From: Eledone cirrhosa
Lineage: Eukaryota
Reading direction: 5' to 3'
Length of the DNA stretch: 64,000 nucleotides
Assembly: GCA_964016885.1 (NCBI GenBank)
Contig: OZ024747.1
Coordinates: 8,060,001-8,124,000 of the forward strand
The translations under genes were made by a program, and so were the position numbers. Shown here in pieces: positions 54,551 to 64,000 of the stretch (the stretch's first letter is position 1; each line of letters starts with the position of its first letter). The notes below the pieces were generated by a model, which worked only from the letters and a program-made list of their open reading frames with translations, had not been told where the DNA came from and did not search any database.

Positions 54551-57500
54551 GGACTGGAGAAGTGTAGCTCCATTTGTAAAAATCTAACATGTTTTGCGGA
54601 TGGAGCAGTATTGCTGGAAATATCATTTTGATAAAAGCAGATATCCTTAGAACTTTCCAGAAATTTCACAGCTATTGTGAAATATTTGGGAGATAGAATA
54701 ATTATATGATATTCTATTTTTCCTGGCTCTTTGCATTCAGAGTTCAAATCCTGGTGTGACTGGATTTGATCCATCACTTAATTCATTACCATATTTCTAA
54801 TGAAAGACACTGCCTATATTCATCAAATAATTTTGAAAATAATCAAGAATTTGAAGGGATTTAATATTATATCTAAATTTCTCATTATTAAGAGGGTATT
54901 TAGAATATAACTTAACAAAAGTCTTCACATAAAATTCTAATGGAAGGTTTTTAGATAAAAATAAACATTGTAAATTAAACAGCTGTGATGAGTCACTAGG
55001 TTTAAACAAGTATTTACAGTGTAACTGTTTCAACAAGAATATAAAACTGACAGTTCTTTCATTTTGGTTGGTTCCTCTAATCTGGAAGAATGTGTTTTCC
55101 CCAGGTCAGCCCTGCTTATGCTAAGCAATGATTAATTCTTTTAATACTAACCCACCTGAAACTGCCCCTGCTTCTATGATAATAAGCGGTTTAATTCTAA
55201 AATGTTTATATTTATCTGAAAACCTTCCACCATAATTTTATGAAAGAACCTTTGTTAAGTTAAGTTCCATGTAGCAGTTTAATAATGAGAAAATTATTAT
55301 TACTATTAAAAAAAATTATTACTAAATCCTCGCCAATTTAAAAAAAAATATATTTGAAAATAATAGGTAGACTTTCATTAGAATTATGGTTATGAAAGAA
55401 TTGAAAACATTCCAGTTGTGACCAACATGTCGATTTTTTTTTCTTTTTCTAGACATAGCCTACTTTGGACTACATAAGCCACTTCTTTAAGATGTGATTT
55501 AACTTTAGCGTTTAAACTGGCCGATTCTGGCCAGAATTCTCTCACCTCTTTCTGTTCAAACCAGCCATAACTGGTCTCTCATACTTATGTTAAGGTGTTG
55601 TTCTCAAAATAAATAATATCAAAATCTCATAGATTCGAATTATGTGAGATAATTATGTAAGATAAAGCCTTTACTGCTAAAATTCAATAGTATATATAGA
55701 GTAATGTAAATGTTAAATGGTTAAGGGAGATTTGGTTATTATTCCTACCAGGTTTAATGACCATGTAGAGGTTCTCATTTGGTTATTATTTCTACCAGGT
55801 TTAATGACAATGTAGAGGCTCTCATCTAGACGACTGTTGATGGTGTAGATAGCAATGGTAATTAAGGGCCAGTAGAGATTAGAGAATGCAAATTTATTTA
55901 TTTATTTATTTGAAGTGGAATGTGATGACTGGAATATCTTGTGAAAGCTTGGCAGTTCAATACAAAGAATTGGAGAATTATAAAAGATGAAAACATAAAA
56001 TAAAAGAAATATAGTGGAGGTAGCCATTATCATGTGATAATAAAGAAGGATAAAAGAAGAATGAAAAGAATAAGAAGATTCAGAAAAAATAAATGTGAGA
56101 ATGTATTTTTTTATGAAGAAGGTATAGATGGGGGTAGGGGGTAATCCTAGAAGAGGAATATAGAAGATGAGATAACCCTAAAGAATAATATAACCATAAC
56201 AGAACAATAAGAGAGGGATAAAGAAAGCAATAGAAACATTAAATAGATACTAGAGCCAAAAAAAAATGAAACATCAGAATTGTGCAGAGAAAATCTAGAC
56301 AAAGAGGAAATAAAAAGACTGACTAAAATTTGTTGAAGTATTTTTTTTCTTCGTATCAAATTCAATCTAAAAACATTAATGATAGCCTTCAGAATCAACA
56401 AACAATAGGTTTTGCATTATCAAGTGCTTATATATGGAAGGACATTTGCATAATAATTCAGCAGCTCAAGAACTAAAATCTTCAACTATGGAAATCCTGT
56501 GAAGAATAGCTTATTTGTGTAAATAAAACAATATATGGTAATTGCATAAAAAGAAATAAGTAGGAAGCATGGGATTATGGAAGCCAGACTGTCTGACTGG
56601 ATAAACTAAATAGAGATTGATTTGGAAATACTTATTTATGATTGAAGCTTGAGAATCCTTGCAGGCTATCTTGGACAAAAACAGTTTTAACAGAAGGGCT
56701 GCTTCCCATTACCACTGTTGCCATTACCATTGCTGCCACCAACATCAGCATCATTACTGTTGCTAATGTTTTCATGCTTATTTCTCCTCCACTACCAACA
56801 CACCACCAGTCAGAACTTTTCGCTGGTTTGCTTGATAGCTGAGGCTGCTGAAAGAAAATCAATTATTCTCAACTAGATTTATTCTTGTTTTGCTTAAAAA
56901 AAAAAGAAAGAAACAGCTTTCCTCACCATATGAACGAAGTCAGTTCAATCTTTAATTAATCTAAGCTAAAATATTTACTGCATTGTTTAGCTGATCTGCT
57001 ATATTGTGATTTGGATCAAGATTATATGAAAATGTTTAAACTGAGTGGATTTTAAATCATATCATCCATTTGTATATGCAACTGTTACATGACGGCATGT
57101 ATCACCATCTCCACTCTCCTATCTTATGAAACGAAAAAATGCTTACACCTGCCTTTCCTCACTAACATGGCTGAGGTGGGCGTTCAATTCAATTTGGGAT
57201 ATATTTATCAAATATCAATTGGTGCAGTGAGCGTATTACAGCTTAACTCATAACATTCTCTACTGCATGGATTTTCATTAGCAAGACGTTCCTTAAAATG
57301 TATGAAACAATACTATTCCAACACATTAAAAATTAAAGTTTTTTTTTACTTTAGTTTACTGCAAACATTTGAATTAACAGATCTTTTTTTAGATATTTTC
57401 TGCTAAATCATTACAAAATGTTATGAGTTAATATGGTGAATTTTCACAATGGTCTATCCAGTAGTGAAAATACTATAAATATTCAAATTAACAGACCTGT

Positions 57501-58740
57501 TTTTAGATATTTTCTACTAAATAATTACAGAATGTTAAGAGTTACTACTGCAAATGTTCACAGCAATCTGGTTACCAGTAAAGATACTTAAAAACCTGTT
57601 TTTAAATATTTTCTGTAAAAACCCTTTATAATATCAATGAATCAAAGATGTCATTTGACTGGCAGTGATTCTAAATTGACTTAGACTGATGTATACCAAG
57701 GTAGATGTAGACTAAAGTATTGTGAAATAAACTTAAAGTATTGTGTTGTACACTGGTGTAGACTTAGACAAACTCAAGAACACAAGGTGCTTCCTGACCC
57801 AAGAATTGAGCCCATGACATGATAGGGAGTCCAACCACTAAGACATGTACCTTCATGATGTAATATTATGCTTCACAAAAAGTAAGAAGTCCTAATATAG
57901 TTCCATAAAAAAAGAAATTGGTGGCAAACAGCCAATAAAGGGTAAACATAATTCCTTTGATATTTATAGACAAGGTTCTATTATAAATCCCCAGCATTGT
58001 AAAGTATGTTTATAGAGAAGTGTTGGTATATAACCAAGGAACCAAAACAGAAACATGTTGTCTTGGGAACAATCCAATACACCAATTGTGAAATGTATTG
58101 AATAGAAATCAAAGCAACTATAAAGAATATCATTATGTTATAATGGCATTATCTTCTCTTCTTTTATTATTTTACTGCTTTCAGGCATTAGATTGCGGCC
58201 ATGTTGGGGCACAGTCTTAAGGGGATTTTAGTTGATTATATTGACCCCTACACCTTACTGTTTTAAACCTGATACTTATTTTATCAAGATACAGAGCATA
58301 AACACAGACACTGACACAGAAACACACAGACACACAGACACACATACACACACACATACACACACAGAATAAAAATCTCCTCCAATCACGAATGACCATG
58401 AGATTTGCTCCTAGAAAGTTCTCCTCCAAGGCATAGTCAGGGCAAAGTGGAAGACCAGCAGTTGGCATGCCACCAATGTCGCAGCTCATTTCTGCAGCTG
58501 AGTGAACTGGAGCAACATGAAATAAAGTGTCTTGATCAAGGACACAATGCATTGCCTGGTCTGGGAATCAAACCCACAACCTTATGTTTGTGAGTACAAC
58601 TCTCTTATCACTAACCCACATACCTCCACACACACATATATATGTGTATATGTGTATATATATATATATATACCCTTGCAAGCAGGGAAAAGCGGACGTA
58701 AAATGATGATGATGATATATATATATATATATGTATATAT

Positions 58741-59125
58741 GTAGGACGTGAGTTTTATTGTAGTACAATAAAGCAATGCAGATATCGGATAAGAAGCACT
58801 CTACAGTTTGTGGGACTGGAGTATACATAATATATAAGAACAAAAGATGGTTAAAGGAGTTCCATGTATTTTATTATGCGCATTTCAAAAACAAATATCA
58901 TCATGCAATAATATTTGTGTTTTCATCAGATAAAACAGGAGGACATGATATGAAGGCTAAAAAACACTTGTGGATAGTTCAGTTTTAAATCAACATATTT
59001 TTAGCCTTCATATCATGTCCTCCTGTTTTATCTGATGAAAACACAAATATTATTGCATGATGATATTTGTTTTTGGAAATGCGCATAATAAAATACATGG
59101 AACTCCTTTAACCATCTTTTGTTCT

Positions 59126-59135
<10 letters not shown>
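58741..59135. repeat. (TA)n-flanked insert with a ~137-bp near-perfect inverted repeat
   Basis: Arms 58827-58963 / 58998-59135, one single-base indel, 34-nt spacer. Confidence 0.95.
59024..59095 (+). ncRNA. Minimal type I hammerhead ribozyme (mirror copy on - strand at ~58867-58937)
   Basis: TGTTTTAT-CTGATGA-AAACACAAATATT..GATATTTGTTTTT(G)-GAAAT-GCGC-ATA-ATAAAATA; palindromic stem III ATGCGCAT. Confidence 0.8.
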
Positions 59136-59157
<22 letters not shown>

Positions 59158-59164
59158 GAAGGAA

Positions 59165-59520
59165 ATATAAGAACCAAATAATAAGCATACAGACGTTCCC
59201 ATGGACAACCAGTCACACACTCCTCTGTTATGGCCTGGAGACCTTTAATAAACAGATTAACATCTACTTGAACATTGAATTCCTCACTAAACTCATTACC
59301 TTTTCTCAGCAACTCTGAGCATGGTTTGTACTGCTCTCACAAGCTATTCATCTAAAACCCAGTTTCCTTAATGATAACCAAGATTGTGGAACTCTGTCAA
59401 AGGCCTTCTCCAGATCCAACTAGGTATAACGGTTTACTCTTAGCTAGAAATTTTTCTTGTAGTTGCCTCACTGAGAAGAGAGCATCTGTGGTGCTCCTTC
59501 CTGGTACAAAACCAAAGATA
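59165..59520 (-). mobile_element. Degraded RTE RT fragment
   Basis: LQAITEECVTGCPWERLYA and FGFVPGRSTTDAL remnants. Confidence 0.7.
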
Positions 59521-61165
59521 TATTTATTCAGTGCTTCTTACATATGTTTTAGCAGAAATGTTTCAATGTCTTCCTTTGAGATTCATTTAACATTATAAGC
59601 TATTCTGTGTATCTTTTCTACTCAGACTTAAACAATTCATTTGTTTACTTCCATGTTTTGGGCATCAATTTGTTTGGTACATATCTTCAGAGGAGATTCC
59701 TTTAAATGTTGTATTGCACTTGTTTGAATGAATAATTTTGTGGGAAGGTTAAGTTCATTATGTAAATGGTAATTAGACCAACCAATCTTTTTAGGAATCG
59801 TTGGCAGTGGAGGTAAGAGGAATGGGAGAAAATGTTATTGGTTCCTAGCAGAGAATGGTCAAATCTATAGAATTAATATCATTTACTTTGTTTATATATG
59901 GTGAGTTTTATTCTGTAAGTTCTGATAACTAACTAAATGTTATTTACAGTCTGAGTTCAAATCCCGCCGAGGTTAACTTTGCCTTTCATCCTTACGGGGT
60001 CGATAAAATAAAGTACCAGTAATGTACTGGGTAATTGCTGGCCTTGCGTCAAAAGTAGAAACAGTTATATTCCTTATCACTATTACTTCCTTTCTGGTTC
60101 TGTCTGTAGGAAGTTGAATCAAGTGTGGAGACTTCTTTTCTCTTTTGTTTATTGAGAGAGTAATTTATCAAGGTTCCACTCGAAATTTTATAGCTGATTT
60201 TGTAACCCTGATGGGGAAGGGGTCACCTTAGGATAAAGATAAGGGTTTGAACTGAGTTTTATTAAGTTTTAGATGATGAATTTGAGTTTTAGTTTCTCTA
60301 TATATTTTTGGCTGTTACTACATATAATATATATATAATTTACCAATTCAGATTAAATACACATTGTAAATATTACTGTTATTTAGGGGTATACTGCATT
60401 TTTTTTCTTCTGTTTTTGAAGTGGTGTTAAGTTACACCTATTATGTATCCAAGTTGGTTTAGTCAGCTGATATGATGGTGGTGGGGAGGTTATCATTTAT
60501 AACTGTGTTGTTGGTAGTTGTTGTTTTGTTCATCAACTAATGATATAGTTTGATATTACATGCATGTATTGTATTTATCATGTAGATGCCAAGTAATGAT
60601 AATAATAATTTAGTTGAGTGGTTAGGGAGTAAACAATATTGTTAATATTGTTTGCATGTTTTGTATTACTCCTACAGATGCCAAATAATGATAATAGTTG
60701 TTTAGTTTGGTGGAGAAGTATTATTTGTGTATTACTCTTAGTTTGGTTAGAGATGAGCAGAGATAGCTGGATATCATGTGGTTCTGGAGATATAGTATTA
60801 ATTAAGCTGTACTATATTGATATTGGTTGGTGGCTGGTGGAAATATTTAGATATTACATACATGTATTGGATTATTTGTCATGTAGATTTGAAATCATGG
60901 TAATATTAGTTTAGTGAAGGTAGCATGGCTTAATGGTTAGAGAATTGGATAAGCAATAATGAGGTTATGAGTTCAATTCCTGGACTGGTCGATACATTAT
61001 GTCCTTGAGCAAGTGCCTCGTTTACCTTAAAAATGTGAGGGGGACAAAGCAACATTTGTTGATTCTTAAAGTATTGCTTATGGTGCCTTTCCGGGACCCT
61101 ATTACATAAGTAAAATTTTGCGATAATTAAATTTTATATATTCAAATATTCGGATATAAAATAAT

Positions 61166-61349
61166 TGTTTCTACTTTAGGCACAAGGCCAGCAATTACCC
61201 AGTGCATTACTGGTACTTTATTTTATCGACCCCGTAAGGATGAAAAGCAAAGTCAACCTCGGCGGGATTTGAACTCAGATCGTAAAGGGACGTAACTATG
61301 CTGGAAAGCATGGAGTCCGACTCTCTACCTATACTGCCAATCCACCGCC
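61166..61349 (-). mobile_element. Full-length tRNA-derived SINE (Meta-like core) with 18-bp TSD
   Basis: Head ggcggtggattggcagtataggtagag, B-box gagttcaaatccc; TSD attcggatataaaataat at 61148-61165 and 61350-61367. Confidence 0.9.
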
Positions 61350-61830
61350 ATTCGGATATAAAATAATAAGCTTAAAAAGAATTTATTATATCAAATAAAC
61401 AAAAAATAAAACATAGACGTTTGAAAAAGTGTGTGTGTGTGGGGGGGGGGGGTCCCCTGGCACCCCCCTGAAACAAGGCCCTTGTCCTTGAGCAAGACAC
61501 TTATTTCGTGCTGCTCCTTCATCCAGTAGTTGCGACCAGTAAATAGTATAAGTAATAGAGAGACCAATGGAAACATTGTTTCTTTGGTCCAATTTGATGA
61601 GTTCCTCCCTACTCAGTAAGCAAATGAGGTCTGGTATCTTATTGATCAATCAAATCAAATTGATTGAATATTAGTTTAGGAGGGTAGATGGCGTGAGAGT
61701 AGAATTGGTTGTGCTGGTTGTAATTCTGATTATAGTTATTGACCAAAACCCTTAAAACTGTTAACAAACAATTGTTTGTGTAAACAGAAACTTCTAAAGT
61801 AGAAAACTATATATATACATATATATATAT

Positions 61831-61982
61831 AACGAAGGAAGTGTGGTAAGTAACCAGGTGGACCATAACGCACCAAAGTACTCAATACTGGCTAGTAGAG
61901 TGGGTAATAGGAAAAGAGTCAGGACCCCGATGGGTGAGCTCCGGCTGTTTCAACCTAGGTGTTGAAACAGCCGGAGCCCTGG

Positions 61983-61983
<1 letters not shown>
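61831..61983 (-). mobile_element. (TA)n-inserted PLE pLTR-like fragment with a 17-bp fold-back
   Basis: First ~90 bp nearly identical to 12368 onward; hairpin gctccggctgtttcaac-ctaggt-gttgaaacagccggagc. Confidence 0.75.
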
Positions 61984-62033
<50 letters not shown>

Positions 62034-63022
62034 CACATGCCTTGCAATCGAAAGGTTGTGAGTTCACTTCTCAGACCGGGTGATGTGTTGTTTCCTTGAG
62101 CAAGACACTTTATTTCACATTGCTCCAGTTTACTCAGCTGTAGAAATGAGATGATAGGGTCTGGGGTCCCTATCATTCCACTGCAAAGTGGTCGTGGAGG
62201 TGCCACGGCAAAAAAGCACCCAGCACTCTCTGTAAATGAGGTTGGTGTTAGGAAGGGCATCCAGCTGTAGAAATCAAGCCAGAATCAGTTCCCGTCCCAC
62301 CCTTGCAAGCAGGGAAAAAGCGGACATAAAATGAAATGAAAAAAAAATGAAATGAAATATATATACAGAGAGTAAGAATAAAACATTGGGCTTCTGCAAT
62401 TTTTGTCTAAAAAATTCTACTCACAAAGCATCGGTCAATCCAAGACTATAATAGAAGACCAAGGTGTCTCACTGTGGGACTGAATCAGAAACAACATGGC
62501 TGCAAAGCAAACTCCTTAACTACTATGTCTAAGTTTAAGTTTTGTAATTTAACAGTTCGACAAAACAAAGCAATACTTCTGCGTGGTCATGGTTGAATGA
62601 CTTAAACCCACAAAAAAATGAAACAATAAAAGAATATAACTTTCTACTTTTGCTTATATACGGGTACAAACTGAAGCTGAAACATTGACAGTATGCCCCC
62701 CCCCCTCTCACTGTTAAGTGGTCATGTAGGTATCATGACAAAAAACATCCAGTACTCAGGTTGGTGTTAGGCAGGGCATCCAGCTGTAGAAAACAAACCC
62801 AAACCAGTTCTGTATGAGCAAGACATGGTCACCTGACCTGGCACTGCCCACAACTGGGCAACTAGTCTAACCCATGCTAGTGTAGAAAAATGGACGTAAA
62901 ATGGTGATGATAATGATGATATATATATAATAGTCTCTCGGCCATTCTCGCATCAAATGGAACAAAACCGTCTAACCCATGCTAGTGTGGAAGATGGATG
63001 TTAAATGATGATAATGATGATA

Positions 63023-63054
<32 letters not shown>

Positions 63055-64000
63055 GAAATATATTATTTTCTTAATCCTTTTTATACCAGCCTGCCTAAAA
63101 CCTCCTTTTGTGCTATGAAACAAAAACCATCCAATTCATCCAATTTTATAATGTTCCTATTTAAATTAAAATCATCCAACATAATTTGACAGAAGAACCT
63201 TTTGCCAAATTATGTTATAGCTGCCATCCTAATAATAAAATAATTAATTATTTTAATTAATCCCTCCCTTCGAATTCTTAATTAATTCAAATACAGTGTA
63301 CTTCATTATAAATATGGTAATGAAAGAGTTAAATTTCTATTTTTCATTAATTTTCATTTTAACAAAATGATCCATCCAACCCATGCCAGCATGGAAAAGT
63401 GAATTTTAAAACAATGATGAATCCATTTTAATAATAAAAAACAATGAAAAAACAACAACAACAACAACAGTAACAACAACAAAAGCAACATAAAACAACA
63501 ACAACAACTGCTTGTATGATGTGTATTAAGCCTATAACTTTAAATGTAAAGTATCAATGTCCATTTGTAGTTCTATTATCTAACCTTTTATTAATTTCCT
63601 ACTGAAATCTATTATTTTAATTATCTTAATAAGATTTGTTAACATAATATCTAATTTAAACATTGTCCCTTGGTGGCAATTGCATAGATCTCTTGTGTTA
63701 AAATATATTTACTATGAAGAGAGAGAGAGAAAAAAGAGAGAGAGTGAGAGAGAGGATAGATAGATAGATAGAGAGAGAGAGAGGCAATAAAATTTAAATC
63801 AATAAATTTTTAGGTACAAGATAAACACTTTAAGACAGAAAGCCTAGCAATTAAATAAAGCAATTTGCAAATTGTCGTTGACAAAAGCCGAACCAATACT
63901 TGCCGAAGAAGTAATTACAATCAGTTATTTCCCTTTGATTTCTTCAATTAAATTTCACCCCCTCCCCCAACAAAAAAATATATATTTTTCAAAGCCAAAG

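Noticed and set aside
59600-60920. Strand-biased stretch resembling a decayed LINE or PLE (also 55850-56620)
   Set aside because: Too degraded to identify diagnostic motifs by eye
61250-61349. tRNA-like sequence with A/B boxes (also at ~27125, 40005 and 51825)
   Set aside because: SINE heads followed by a conserved SINE body and TSD; no complete cloverleaf

Overview
AT-rich, microsatellite- and transposon-dense eukaryotic DNA, very likely from an octopus or other coleoid cephalopod (inferred from the protocadherin type and the SINE/RTE landscape). The only clear host gene is a minus-strand protocadherin: one large exon (six cadherin repeats, TM helix, start of the cytoplasmic tail) at 34943-32562 and an in-frame downstream exon at 18498-18348. 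The rest is mobile DNA: a Tx1/L1 LINE, a CRE-clade retroelement nested in an RTE, a near-full-length RTE, Penelope-like element (PLE) and Gypsy remnants, SINEs, MITEs and minisatellites. The most striking unannotated signal is a recurring class of short non-coding inserts in (TA)n tracts. They carry minimal type I hammerhead ribozyme motifs with palindromic stem III, and many are inserted as fold-back inverted repeats. One has a circularly permuted ~547-bp unit (retrozyme-like), and one core shows a U3-A8 compensatory change. All folds were read by eye and none has been tested computationally.
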